64,000 nt of DNA from Tubulanus polymorphus (lineage: Eukaryota; Animalia; Nemertea), in NCBI RefSeq assembly GCF_964204645.1, contig NC_134032.1, forward strand, positions 4,426,175-4,490,174, in the 5' to 3' direction. The first letter of the stretch is position 1. Each line of letters starts with the position of its first letter. Under the pieces are notes generated by a model. It was not told where the DNA came from. It made no database searches and worked only from the letters and a program-made list of their open reading frames with translations. This document shows, piece after piece, positions 40,879 through 54,483 of this stretch. Both the position numbers and the translations under genes were made by a program.

Positions 40879-42037
40879 TTATATTAGAGAAATTTAATAA
40901 GAAAAATATTATAATTATTCTTCAAATGATACTAGATAGTTAAAGTTAAAGAACTCTAGTATTGACTACTGATACTAGCTATTTGAATTTAAAGAATTTC
41001 TATTTGAATCTATTCAAAATATAAAGTATTCTCTTTTTGAAAAGAAAATATTAAAAATTTAATAGAATTCACTAGCTAGTTGAAGTTATTGTTTTTTTAT
41101 TATATTTTATTTAAATTAGGATTTAATATCTCACTACTATTGTCTATCTATTAGGAGCAGTAACTATAACTGTCCAGATAAGTCATTTCGGATTCTTGAT
41201 GATAAATCCTAAAACTGAAAATAAATTCAAAGAAACGACTGGTGGAAATACTATTTCATAAACACACATATATTTTATTCTACAATCATTATCGATTTCC
41301 ACATTCCAAGCCGCTCGGCAGCCGAGCGGTAAGGTATGCGTGGAATGCAGGAATCAATAAAGTATAATACAACATCTGTCACTATGTGTCATTAACAACA
41401 GCTTAATGATACAATTGAAATTCCGGCAAACGTAATGCATTGGAAGCCTATACAGTATGGCTAAACTGCTACAGTCTCATGAGTTGAAATATCCATTATT
41501 TCTGATTCCACATCCATCTATCTTCACTTTCTTGATTCAATAGCCTTCATTTTGTTATCTAAAAGATAAATATCTAACGTAGAATAAAACTAACTCGAAG
41601 TTGTAGTTGTAAAATATTAATTACAACACTTAAACATGACCATTTTGTGGCTCATCTTACCAGGATAAGTTTTACATGTTTAGCGTTTTCCAACGCCTTA
41701 ATAACAACAAAAACAGTACTTACATTTATAACTGTAAACTCCTAAAATTGTGTTTATAGAGAGAATATCCTATGCGTTCCTATGCTCATGTGCTGCGCGC
41801 TTATAACTGCCAGTTATTCACTAGCTAAACACTGTCTGGTGCAACAGATGTTCCTTCTTTTGTAATATAATTGATTAATCCTTTTCAACTGAAATAGCAC
41901 ATTCGATCAATATTCAAATGAGGTGCGCCCCATTCAACTGAATATGAAATACGGCACAGATGTTTTTTGTAAACAACCTAATACAATTACATACAGGCGG
42001 TTTGACATAGATCGAGAGAAACCGGTTCTCTAAGCGT

Positions 42038-42691
42038 TTAACATTCAACGTATTTTTCATTATGTGTTGAGTTCCATAATTCAACAAATGTCTTTGCTTT
42101 ATCCAGTTGATCTAAATATAATTTCATATCTAGTTTGTTAGATTTAATCATGTTTTCTTTCTTTTCTAAAGGCCTTAAATTTCTCCAGTTCCAAATTAAT
42201 TTCTGATTGTGTTCATTATTCATGTTAAATTTAGAAATCGGCAACACGTGATCAATATGAAAGTATTCACCATAATTATCTATATTCATTTTATCATCGA
42301 ATTGATATATTATCCATGATTTGAGAAATTCATCTGAACAACCTAATAGATCAGATAGTGTGTATGAGTGACTGTCTTTACTGAATAATTGTGTTAATCT
42401 AGACCGTAAACATTGTTTTAATCTAAAATTAAGATCTGTTTTATATTTTTCTCTCATGTATTCTGTCATATAATCATTATAAGATTCTCTATTATCTTCT
42501 CGGTATTGTTTGGTGTATAGTTTAGTACAAGTTTTACAACAATTTTGAAAACCATCTTTGCTAATCTTACGCTTACTAAATTCTGTTAAAGCTAATTTAT
42601 CTAATTCACATTTAGAACACTTTTTGTAATATATGTTTATAACGCCAGTGTTATTTGTAATATTGATAGTTTGTGGTTGTTCTGGTTCCAT
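42038..42691 (-). CDS. HNH-type endonuclease with N-terminal Zn ribbon (217 aa)
   Basis: CSKC..CKTC and NYGEYFHIDHVLP..NLRPLEKKENMIKSNK; TAAATG start. Confidence 0.78.
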   Translation of the reverse strand: MEPEQPQTINITNNTGVINIYYKKCSKCELDKLALTEFSKRKISKDGFQNCCKTCTKLYTKQYREDNRESYNDYMTEYMREKYKTDLNFRLKQCLRSRLTQLFSKDSHSYTLSDLLGCSDEFLKSWIIYQFDDKMNIDNYGEYFHIDHVLPISKFNMNNEHNQKLIWNWRNLRPLEKKENMIKSNKLDMKLYLDQLDKAKTFVELWNSTHNEKYVEC

Positions 42692-42904
42692 TTATTATAC
42701 ATATTTTTATTAAAATTGATTAACATTTTAGAATCCTCTTCCATTTCTTCGACCAACGTCATCCTTTTTCATTCCTCGCTGCTTTTGATAAGTTGTTTCG
42801 ATTCCTTGATATCAAATTCCTCAACGTATTGTTCATTATTTGGATCATTATTCCATAATTCAATAAATTTCTTTCCCTTTGTTAACTGTTCTGAATATAA
42901 CTGT

Positions 42905-43298
42905 AAATATTCTAGTTTCAATTTATTCTCTAAATGTGTTATAGTTTTATTGTGTCTTGCTTTTTGAGACTTGTCTATATCGATATTACATGTTGGGCAG
43001 TAGTATTTATTTGCTTCCATTTTAATACTATATTTTTTATTAAAATTGATTTTAGAAGTTCAATGATTTATATTTTATTCATATATGTGAATATTTTAAG
43101 AGTAATAGGGATAATGGGCTTTCGGGTTAAAGGTTTAATGATCGAGTTCATTAATAACATATATTAAAAGTAATTAAAAAACTATAATATATTTTCATAA
43201 CCGCGTGCATTTCAGTTAAACAATAGAATAATTATTATCATTTGAATATATTTAATTATTTAAATTTGTGTATTGTAAATAAATCAATTGGTCGCGGA
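42905..43298 (-). repeat. Near-identical inverted copy of about 25104-25497 (half hairpin, promoter and pPolB start)
   Basis: The reverse complement matches from the hairpin apex TCCGCGACCAATTGATT through MEANKYY..KLEY. Confidence 0.92.
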
Positions 43299-45642
43299 CC
43301 ACTCTCCCATAACACCACTAATTCCACCTCTAATTGATTTTTCAAATAATAAAACCATATCTGGTTCTTTTAATAAATCTAATTCTACATTTGTATATTT
43401 TAAACCACATTGCCAGGTTAAACCAGGACTAGAGTAGCAATAACAAGGATCAACATTAAAATGATTCAAATTAACTTCTCTAAATTTTTCAAATATGTCA
43501 GCCAATATCATAACATCTGATTTTAAATATAAATCAACTAATTCGCCATGATTTTTCATCTTAAAATGGTTCCAAATATTTAATGTTCTATCAAAAACTT
43601 CGTCTTTCACATACTCCTCTTTTAATTGATCATAAAATTGATCTTTCAATAATTTCGTTTCTTTGAAATCATCGTGTGTTTTATAAAATGAATAAGGAAT
43701 TGCGCCTTTATATCTCAATAATTTAAAATCTTGTTCATTTGGATAATAATATCGAGTTATAACAAAATCATTATCAACTAAACTTTTTGATAAATTATCT
43801 AATGAACTTGCTAGAAATCTATAAGAATCTAAAAATCTAATGCAACCAAATTGAAATGAAATATAATTTTCAGATGTTTTAGCTAATAGTTTAAAATCAT
43901 ATTTTCTTACATTTACACCATTCATAGTATTATATTCTTCTATTTCTTGATTAATTACGCCCAATTTTCCCGATAATTGTTTTATAAATAGATGGGTATC
44001 ATATCCTGATAAATTATGAAATAATATTGGTACGAAATTTACTTTTTTAGCTTGTAAATTACAATCTTCATGAGCAGCTCCACGATATTTTGAATTTAAA
44101 TGATCATGATCTCTAACTCTTTTATCAAATGAATAAAAACGTTTTTCACAATAACAACAATGAGTTGCATAATTAAAATCAATTTCATCTTCTTTTGTCA
44201 TAACTATTCTTTTATTTTTGTTTAATAATTTTGCAAAATCACTTTCTAATTCAATAATTTTATCACAAAAATCATTAACTACATTTTCACCTCTAAAGAG
44301 AAATATATTGACTTTCATATAATTCAGGATAATTTGATTTTATATAAATTCCATAAGCAGCAGCTCTTTGATGAACTTTTTTAATTGTGTTTATAATTGG
44401 TGGGTCTTGTATTGTGTCTTCATTTAATTCATTTCCTTTATCCATTGATTTTAATAATTGCTTTTTGTTATATATTTCTTTTCTATCTTGATCAGTTAAT
44501 TCTTTATTCAACGATTCAAAATCCCCATAAATTACAAATGGAACAATATTTTTAAATTTATGATTAGTAAATTTCAATTTATAATCTTTTTCTGTTGGCA
44601 TTATTAATTTACAAAAATCTTTATTATCACATAGTTCTTTATGTTTTAGTAACGCATTCTCAGTCATAAATTTAGATAAACATTTTCTACATAAATAAAT
44701 TTTATTATGATGATCACTTTCTGTTCTAAAGAATAAATCAATTTGTTTTAACCACATATAATGTTCATTTTCATCTTTTTTGTAATATAACAAATCTATA
44801 GCATTTTCATCATCATAATATTCTGTTAAATATAAAGCTTCCAATGTATAATCTTTAATATTTTCACCTTTTGTCTTTGGTAATTGCATTAATTCGAATA
44901 CATTTATTTTTAAATTATTAACTTTTTCTATTTTAGGAATCATTTTTATAGTTACTGGATATTGATCAATTTTATATAATGTTTCATATTTCCGATAATC
45001 TGTTATTCTACAAACATTTTCCTGTGATGGATGTAAGCAACTAATAATTGCCCACAGAAAACATTTGTTGTCTTCATTTTTAACATTTATAATTGCTTTT
45101 GATAAAAATGTTAATTTAATATAACTTGATGCTTTCACATCCTTTTCTGTTTTAAAGTTTGAATCATTTTTAAACATTTTATTACTTTTTGATGTTTTAT
45201 TTCTTTTTGTATTATAAACATTTAAATCTAAATATATAATTTCATTCAATGTTAAGCCAGAACCCTCAAAATATCTTTCTTCAATATGACGTTTAAATTC
45301 ATTTAATATTTTTTCTAACTTCTCTTTTATTTGTGTTTTTGAAATTATTTCTTCAGAGAGTGTTTGAATATTATAATCCATTTTTTCTTCTGACTTTATA
45401 AAACTTACTTTCCCAGAGATACTAATTTTTGGATATTCAACATCTGTTATCAAATCTAGTATTTTTTCTATTATTTCATTAAATTTACTATAATCTTCTA
45501 TTGTTGTACCTTTAAAAAATCTAAATATAATAGCTGCAGGACCAATTTTACTATGTAATGTTTCTAAAATTTCAATTGTATCTTTTATTTCTAGTGAATC
45601 AATATAATTTCTTACATTTTCCATGTAAGGTTTATTTGACAT
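43299..45642 (-). pseudogene. Divergent pPolB paralog, frameshifted and truncated at both ends
   Basis: DNKCFLWAI, YGDFES, VRDHDHL, FHNLSGYD and SIRGGISG; frameshift at about 44300. Confidence 0.92.
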
Positions 45643-46559
45643 TAAGTGTCTTTATTGTATCTGTCTAAATTGAGCGTCTCAACTACGAAAATTCAATGTT
45701 CGAATTTCATCGTAACTAACTTTACCTTCGTTCTTTGAGCCCGCCGCACACGGCAAAAAGTTTGTTTGTTCAAGTGATAGTACCGTTTGGGATTATCATT
45801 TCATGATAGTTATTGGACGTCAATTTCATATGTGAATTGAAGTTCCCATCTCGCTATAACTAGTTCGGATTGGTTATTTCACCGAGACGCCATTTTGAAT
45901 CCGTCGATTCCCAACAGCGCCTTGGCTGATTTTGTACGCTTATCCCACCTGGAATTCTGTTCTCACTCGATGAATTATATACAAATAGAATACACGTAGA
46001 TTCAAATATGATAGCCGATATATGCTATTATTGTTAAATTTCTTCAACTTGAGAAAACTGACTGAAAGCATCCTTGCTTGTAGGGCCCGAGGTTAAATTG
46101 CCTCCTGCCGAAACTCAAACCAACACAAACCCTACCCGATGACCCTTATTAAGAAATTAACAAAAATAGCATGTTTTGGCTATCATTCTTTAATCAACAA
46201 AGGAGCATCCTGGTTTGAAAAAAAATCTTTCCGATTCCCGGATATAAGCCGTTGTAATTCGACACAGATTTAAGATGGCTCCTCCACAAATGGGCGCCAC
46301 AAAACGATAGCTTCGCAAACGTTCGTAAGCTGCCCCGCTGGCTTTAGTTTATTTATTTATTTTTTTGAATTCAATTCTCTCACGAGATTTGTCAAAATTG
46401 AGACAATTTATTGAGTCTAAAATTCCCGTAATCATTCGATCAAAAATCTCAATGAGCGACTGATTTTCCAATGAAAAAAGAATAAAAGTTTTCTTGAGCT
46501 AACTCACGATCTAATAGATATTTCTGATTTAGAATGTGCGGTCGTTTCTGATTGGTGCA

Positions 46560-47193
46560 GTGATATGTGATACAATCAAAACATCAATAGGTATTAGATC
46601 TGAATTAGTTTGTATATAAATAGTCGCACGTTTCACAATCTGACTTTTAGGCGACGAGCCAAAACATGCTAACTTTACAATTTCCGTTTGGCCACCAACT
46701 TAAGTACTTCAGCCAACGACTCAGTGAGGAAACTTCGTTGAGCACCGCAATCAACAAGTGCGTTCGCGGTAGTTGACAGAAGTGAATCACTCGACTGACG
46801 AACTGTAACGACGGCGGTCTCTAACAAAACGACTGAAGAGGAACCGATATAGAACCGACCAATCTCAGTTGGAAGATTGTCGTCACTAGTAGATTTCGTT
46901 TCGGATTATTGAACTTCAGTTATGGCTGTTGTCGGACTATTCGATCCATGGCTCAATGGCGCCAAATTTTGCATTGTCGGATTAGCTGACGTTTAATTAA
47001 CAGCTGTAGACGACGTAGCCGAATATCGTATTTGTCGATCACAAATACTCGTATGATGCTTTGAACCGCATTTCTTACAACGTGTTTGCGATCTACAACC
47101 ATCGGCCCGATGATTGGGTCTGAGGCAATTCAAACACAACCTTTTAGATTTTATAACATCAAAACGCTCTTTGACGGATGACGACTGATCCAA
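46560..47193 (-). mobile_element. BEL/Pao LTR retrotransposon relic (Gag Zn knuckles and protease)
   Basis: CLNCLRPNHRADGC..CKKCGSKHHTSIC; downstream ANALVDCGAQRSFLTESLA. Confidence 0.8.
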
Positions 47194-47309
47194 ACTTAGT
47201 AAGATGAATTAAAAATACAAATTGAGACTCACAAATATTGAGACGACAGGTTGTAATGTTGCGATGATTTCACTGAACTGTTAAATATTTGTCTATTTTC
47301 TATTTCTAG

Positions 47310-47981
47310 TTGTGAATGTTGAAGATGATGACTTCACGGCTGGAAGTGTTTATATTGAGGTTTGTATCCCGATCTAGATCCACCTACACCCCCTCGATCT
47401 ATAGCATGGAGCCACACAAACCCCCTCAATCTATAGGGTGGAACCACCCACACCCCTTCGATCTATAGCGTGGAACCACCCACACCCCCTCGATATATAG
47501 CATGGAACCACCCACACCCCTCAATCTATAGCATGGAGGCACCAACACCCCCTAAATTTATAGCATGGAACCACCCACACCCCTTCAATCTATAGCATGG
47601 AACCAACCCTTCAACAATCTGAAGGTAATGCAAGTTTCTGGCTGAGGGGGTGCAGGTTTCAGACTGAAGGGTGAGGGGTCCACACTGAGGGCGGTTAGGG
47701 GTCCTGACTATCAGGTTGTTGATACCCGCATAAATTGCGAGATAATTAAACATAATTTTTTTCTCCAGGATATCGGTGAAGATGGGACGATCTATGCACG
47801 ACTAGACAACATGTACCGACCGGACCACGCGAGGCTTCAACCGAGCACCTCTAGGGGGCGTACTGCTCCACGAGTGATCCTAGGCACCGAGGAAGATGGC
47901 GGATTGTACGGTGAATTAGACTTCAGTCGACCTGCGATACCTTTAACAGAACTAAACAACACTGAAACCAGTGAATTATAA
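47310..47981 (+). CDS. Probable last two exons (47310-47359, 47769-47981) of a host receptor cytoplasmic tail with Tyr motifs
   Basis: Pyrimidine-AG acceptors, GT donor, phase-compatible join. Translation ..AGSVYIE|DIGEDGTIYARLD..GGLYGELDFSRP..SEL*. AATAAA at about 48220. Confidence 0.55.
47385..47615 (+). repeat. About 30-bp minisatellite
   Basis: About 7 copies of TCAATCTATAGCATGGAACCACCCACACCCCT-like units. Confidence 0.85.
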
Positions 47982-48504
47982 GCTCCAAATCGCGACAATC
48001 AATTCCTATAATTTTTAATTTTCTTTTCTCATTTCTTTTTTGTGTTGTTTGTTTTTTCTATCTATTATCTGTAACTATTTTTATTTTTCGGTCAGCATAT
48101 GCAAAAGCTTTGCTTCTTTATGTTATCCCAATTGTAACATTTTCATAATGATCATATAATCATATTCTGTCTTAGAAAACTGATCTACAGGATTATACTA
48201 TGTCATAATTTATGCAGGAAATAAAGTAATAATAATAATGATACAAATAATGATGATAATAATAACAATAATTCATCCAAGTAGAATTTTATTAAAATCA
48301 AGACATCATATTCTTTAGATAATAATGAATTGTAAATAAGTATTTATCTGTCTAATATTGGTATGTTTGTCATATGTTTCTAATGTTTGTTTATGACTGT
48401 GCTGGGGTCAGTTGCCTCTAAGTTGGTTGTTATAGTTAACCAGTGGATAGTTGACTATTAATAGTGACAATTAAAAGTTTATTGTTACTACATATGCCCC
48501 CACC

Positions 48505-49000
48505 CAGCTAAGACTGGTTTTAAGTTGTTACATTAGCTTTAGAACCAAAATGAGCTTAGACTGATCTTAAGTTGTTTGATTGGCTATATAGAACTAAGTT
48601 GGTCTTAGACTGGTCTTAAGGTGTTAGATTGGTTATAGAACCAAAATGAGCTTAGACTGGTCTTAAGTAGTTAGATTGGCTATAGAACCAAAATGAGCTT
48701 AGACTGGTCTTAAGTTCTTAGATCGGCCATAGAACCAAAATGAGCTGAGACTGGCCTTAAGTTGTTAGATTGGTTATATAACCAAAATGAGCTTAGACTG
48801 GTCTTAAGTAGTTAGATTGGCTACAGAACCAAAATGAGCTTAGACTGGTTTTAAGTTGTTACAATAGCTTTAGAACAAAAATGAGCTTAGACTGGTCTTA
48901 AGTTGTTCGATTGGCTATAGAACTAAGTCTTAGACTGGTCTTAAGTTGTTAGATTGGCTATAGAACCAAAATGAGCTTAGACTGGTCTTTAGTTGTTAGA
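48505..49000 (+). repeat. 47-bp tandem satellite
   Basis: About 10 copies of AGAACCAAAATGAGCTTAGACTGGTCTTAAGTTGTTAGATTGGCTAT. Confidence 0.92.
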
Positions 49001-49001
49001 C

Positions 49002-49185
49002 GTAGAGTTGTCTGTACCAAAACCACATTCTCTCTATATCTTTGTCAGTTGTTTGTTGAGGTGTCGAGGTGTAGAGCTGTATATATAGTTGTCTGTCGCA
49101 AAACCACGTTCTCTCTATATCTTTGTCAGTTGTTGAGGTGTAGAACTGTAGAGTTGTCAGTCCTAAAAGCCACGTTCTCTCTTCA
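49002..49185 (+). repeat. Three imperfect ~60-80-bp tandem units
   Basis: TAGAGTTGTC..AAAACCAC(A/G)TTCTCTCTATATCTTTGTCAGTTGTT repeated. Confidence 0.7.
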
Positions 49186-50757
49186 TCATGTAGGCTACGT
49201 CGCACCGCCATCTATCCACCAGTCCCTTATGGATTGCTAAGTTTCACCAGGTACCATCTATAGACAATTTACGGAAGCTACCACCCGCTATAGTCCCCTA
49301 TTCTTAAATCGCACCATAACATCAATCAGTTGTAGCGGAAAATTCGTTTCACTTCTTTTTTTTCTTATTATTTTCCAGCTGCAGAGTCCTCCCAGTTCTT
49401 CTTCGAGAGCAGTGTGTCTAAAATTCAAAATGTAGAATAAAACCTTATAATGTATTTGTAATTCTGAGGCAAGAATGTTTAATGCTATTGACTTCGGTCT
49501 GGTGGATTAGAAACTATTTTATTTCTATCTCAATAAAATATTGTATGATTTAGTTTGAATTCACAAACTGTACCTGAAGACCTCTTCTATGTGTTCGGGT
49601 CGCTCCCGTTTTGTATTTTTCAAGTTAATGTGCCTTAATCGATATTCCCGTGCTTAAATCGATATTTCTATGCTGTGCTCTGTGCCCGAGATGGCGTCAA
49701 TATACGGTTCTTAATTATATTGTGTGCTCGGGGTGCTTTGTTTTAGCCAATTGGATGGGGTTACGACATAATCTGGGCTGTATAAAAGGCAAAAATGTAC
49801 TTCATTAATTAGTCGCGGTGGACATTCTTATGTGTGTATTACGAAGATTTCGAACTATGGGGGAGGGATTAATCTAATTTTCTTAGTTAGTCATACTTAG
49901 CACTGATTCTCTTTCGTAAAAATATTTCTTGGTCCTTATTCTCAAAGTTGTTTTTCTTCCAAGATGTTTTCGGAAAACAATCTTTCGGGGTTCAAGGAGG
50001 CTTTTTCCTTTGAATTATTCTCCGAAAGTATTCTTCTTTCCGATTTCCTCTCTTGGTTTTTCCCTCAACTTTTGAGTTTTCGGATTAGTGACCATCTCTT
50101 GCATAAACATAATAGGGAAAAAAATAATTAAATAGATACTTAACTGGAACTATGATCAAAAATAGCGAAAATTCTTATTCTTATTAGGAGCACTTAGAGT
50201 TACATTTTTAGCGTAAAAAGGGAGTAGGGTTTAAGCAACTATTATTGAGTCGTAATGTTAGACTGTCTGAAATCTTTATTCTTAATACTATTGGTTTCAG
50301 GTGCGAGTCGTGCACTTGTATTAAGGGCAATATGCCTTTGTTAATCTCCTCCTTTGGTGGCCGGTTGGCCATCTTATCTACTTTAAATGTTGCGAATAAG
50401 AGATAACTTCGAGGTTTTGTATATATTGTCTATTGTTTGAATATTTCCAAGAATTAATAAATAGTATTCAAGAGAATATTATCATATACATAAAATTCTA
50501 AATCTTTGCCTTTTTCCCTAAACTATATTTGTGGTGTCGGATTTACTATCATTTGAGGAAAGGATTTTCTTTTCACTTTTTTGGGATTCTGTGACACCAT
50601 GAAATCTTGTGGGTTGGAGAGTTTTGGGCATCATGTAAGTCTTCAAAAAGGGGAAGCATTGAGGGCACCCTCTAGTGGGAGAGGCCAAATATTGGTGAAT
50701 GCTCCTCGTTTTATTTAGTTGGTATCTATTATTCTTTTTGAAGCTAAACAAACGGCT

Positions 50758-52990
50758 AGTATCCTAATTTGAACCGTAGGATCTCCGAATATTTGGCGGA
50801 ACTTACTTGTTAGCTTTCGCCTGTTTCTACAGGCTTGATCACACTGATGATGTCACTGCTGACGTCATCCGGGATTCCGGTATTCCCTCGAGAATCAGCT
50901 GTGTGTGTCCCCCCCTCCATAGAGCGGGACAGCACGTTGTTCCAGACGGCCGGGAGATGAAAACGGCCCCCGTCTTTGTTGAGAGAAGGGTGCAATGTAC
51001 GGATGTAGATTGCTTCTTTGACACCTCTCTCAAACCATCTGGGTTCAACACCGAGAATCCTAACGTTGTCAATGTCAACTGTGTGACCCGGTTGGTCGAC
51101 ATGAAGGTGTTTCGACACCTCTGACGTAACGGAGCTGGGGCGTCTGTGTTCCCCGAATCTGGCTCTTAAGGATCGTTCGGTTTCACCTACGTACGAGTCA
51201 CTACACTGTTCGCATTTGATATGATACACCGGACTCACTACTCTCGATTTATCCAGTTTGTCCTTAGGTCTAACCAAAATCTGCCGTAGAGTGTTCATGG
51301 GTTTGAAGAACACCGGTACTCCGTATCGTTTCATAACCCGACGTAACTGTTCTGAGGTACCCTTAATATATGGTATCACGACGGGAGCGACTTTCCGCCT
51401 TTCGGATTGTGTAGCTTCCTTAGTATTATTAGCCGGTTTGCATGGGTTCGGTGACGTGATCCAGGCAGGATAGTCGTTAAAACTCAGAGCCTTCTTTACA
51501 TGGTTGACCTCCTCTAACATATCCACTGGATCCGATACGACACTTTCCGCCCTGTGGTTCAACGTTCTCACAACACCCTTCTTGTGTTCTAGGGGGTGGT
51601 TGCTATTGAAGTTCAGGTACTGGTCGGTATGATTTTTTTTCCTGTATACTCTCGCACGGATAGTGTGGTCACTGTTTACCACCGATAGCGTGTCTTAGAA
51701 CGCAATAGATCGTTCCGTCCTACTGTCACCACCATCGTCAGTACTCGGTAAAACATTGACCGATTCAGCCTCCGATGTCCATTTTATGTCATCGTCCACT
51801 TGGTTAAGATGGGTACTAAATTCTGGTACTTCTACTGCTTCTTCAATACTGTGTATGTATCATCGACATACCGTTTCCACCACCTGGGAGGATGTAATGC
51901 CGTCCTTAAGGCTAACTGTTCAAACTCTTCCATGTATAGATTGCATACGATGGGTGAGACTGGTGAACCCATAGCAGCACCATGGACTTGTAGGTAGTGA
52001 TCGCCGTTAAACAAGAAATAAGTACACTTGAGGCAGAGAAACAACAGACTTATAATCTCTTCAGGTGATAACGGTGTGCGGTCTTTCAAGGTGTTGTCGT
52101 TACGGAGTCTTGTTGTGATCACCTCCAAAGCTTTGTCCACAGGTACGCTGGTGAACAAAGCACAAACATCATACGATCGTAGCTCTTCATCTTCCTCAAG
52201 TTTAAGGTGTTGTACCTCAGCCGCAAACACCTTCGAGTTTTTCAAGTGGTGTTCGGATTTACCAACTAATGGACCTAGTACTGAGCTAAGATAATCGGCG
52301 CACTGATACCATAGCGTTCCGATCGAGCTAACAATAGGTCGTAATGGCATTCCAGTTTTATGGACCTTAGGTAAGCCATAGAATCGAGGTGGTTGGTCCA
52401 CTGCGGGGTAAAGTTTCCGGTGTAACACAAAGGAGATCACTTTCCTATCAAATAAATCTTTAAGGACATCTTCTTATACTGATTGGTTGGATCACGTGAT
52501 AGCTTCTTGTATGATAGTAACAAGTTGCATTTGTCAAAATACTCCGTCTTGTTCATAACTACAGTAACCCTCCCTTTATCAGCAGGTAAAACCATTATGG
52601 TTTCGTCCTTTCTGAGAGAATCAATTGCATCTCTTTCTTGTGTGGTGACATTCTGGTCTCTAACTTTGCTGTTAATGTCGATTATCCCGATAACCTTGGC
52701 TCTGAGTTCACTCGCATCAGCACTCGTTAGGGACCGGCAGGCTGATTCGGTGGCGGTGATAAAATCAACAACAGGAATTTTCTTGGGGGTGACTGCGAAG
52801 TTAAGACCTTTCTTCAAAATTGACAGCTCCGGATCCGATAATATACGGTATGGCTAACTGATAGACATCATCAGTGTGATCAAGCCTGTAGAAACAGGCG
52901 AAAGCTAACAAGTAAGTTTCGCCAAATATTCGGAGTTCCTACGGTTCAAATTAGGATACTATTCATATTACCCGAATAGATGAACATACA
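50758..52990 (-). mobile_element. Penelope-like retroelement (RT and GIY-YIG endonuclease), 5'-truncated, with inverted terminal pLTR segment
   Basis: KKGLNFA, PADKG, FYGLPKVHK..PLRPIVS, SYDVCALFTSVP, GAAMGSPVSP, RYVDD, VYRKKNHTDQYL and VYHIKC..YVGET. 50758-50855 recurs inverted at 52864-52961. Confidence 0.93.
52870..52912 (+). ncRNA. Degenerate hammerhead-ribozyme-like motif in the Penelope pLTR (second copy at about 50807-50848, minus strand)
   Basis: GTGATCA-A-GCCTGT-AGAA-ACAGGC-GAAA-GCT: a helix II followed by GAAA. The core deviates from canonical CTGATGA. Confidence 0.5.
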
Positions 52991-53428
52991 TCAACGTAAA
53001 CAAACGCCTGATCAGGTCGGCTGTGGAGGCCGGAAATACTTGTAGCACTGGACGCAGTCCTGTATTTCCTCCTCAGTCGGAGAGAAAGCTAGGGGATTTT
53101 TATTTCATTTGACTTATTCATGATTCTTCTATTAATTCTTTTGGTCACAGTTTTTCATTCATGCACACGACTTTTTCATGGGTGATTTGTGAGGACATTC
53201 AGTCACCCGTGTTACCATTATGACTCATCACTGAGAATTAGGACTCCTTAAAGTATTCTTACTAACCAGAGGAAGACTTGACATATTTTTGCGCGTTAAA
53301 TCTCATGGAGGAAAACAAGATAATTTTCCCCTTCTAGCTTCTCTACCTCCCAGATGCTAGTGACGTGAGCGAACCCTAGAAGCGACGCCTATATGCAACT
53401 TTTTCCTTAAATGTATAGGATTATGGAA

Positions 53429-53798
<370 letters not shown>

Positions 53799-54291
53799 GT
53801 TACCTGTATTCCCTCTTGGTCGAGGAAATTCCGAGAGTTGAGACCTTAGACTTGACATTATGAATTTTAACGGAAACGGAAGTAGATTTTTGTAGTCAAT
53901 TGCCAGAGCACGCTAGCCCGAATCCCGGTATTCCGCTTCATGTGTACGGTAGTAGGCTATCGATAATCACATGATACTTTTCTGTCGTTTGTTTTCTCTC
54001 TGAGACGAAGACGAACGTAATTCTAGTAGCCTTCCACGATTCAACGACCTTGATTTAAACTTGATCAATTCAAAATCTGTTTGAAGCTTTTGGTGACATG
54101 AACTGATCAGCAATATACTTAAATGAAATAACCGGAATAACAAGAAATCAAAAATATTAAAGAGGTAACAAACAAATGCCCGTAAACCTGTCAGACACGC
54201 GAACGCCGGACTCGTAAACTCTTGGACTCGGACCCGCTGAGCAATAAATTCATAGAATTGACTTTGAAATTGATTGTGGAGAAGAGAGGAA

Positions 54292-54483
54292 ATAATTCGA
54301 TAGCTCTTCCTCATAAAGAAGAGAGAAATTTCGGAAAGAAAACACAACATGGCTACTAATCGAACGGAGCCAAATTTCCGATGTTTGAATAATTCGATAG
54401 CTCTTCCTCATAAAGAAGAGAGAAATTTCGGAAAGAAAACACAACATGGCTACTAATCGAACGGAGCCAAATTTCCGATGTTT
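54292..54483 (+). repeat. About 97-bp exact tandem duplication
   Basis: ATAATTCGATAGCTCTTCCTCATAAAG...AAATTTCCGATGTTT occurs twice. Confidence 0.9.

Larger units (their letters stand above)
24896..41215 (+). mobile_element. Polinton/Maverick-like element B (right end not identified)
   Basis: Contains pPolB, penton, MCP, ATPase and integrase. Starts with an AG-initial terminus. No matching right TIR or TSD was found. Confidence 0.88.

Noticed and set aside
40900-41260. Right TIR and 6-bp TSD for element B
   Set aside because: No ..CCCTATTACT end or ATTAAC duplication found; the boundary is left approximate.
41311-41329. Perfect GC hairpin CCGCTCGGC-A-GCCGAGCGG
   Set aside because: Single short occurrence, unrelated to the 25-bp element, with no supporting context.
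42769-43020. 83-aa ORF
   Set aside because: Chimera of the pPolB start and an HNH tail produced by rearrangement, not an independent gene.
48505-49000. CRISPR-like regular repeats
   Set aside because: Contiguous tandem units without unique spacers, no cas genes, eukaryotic context.
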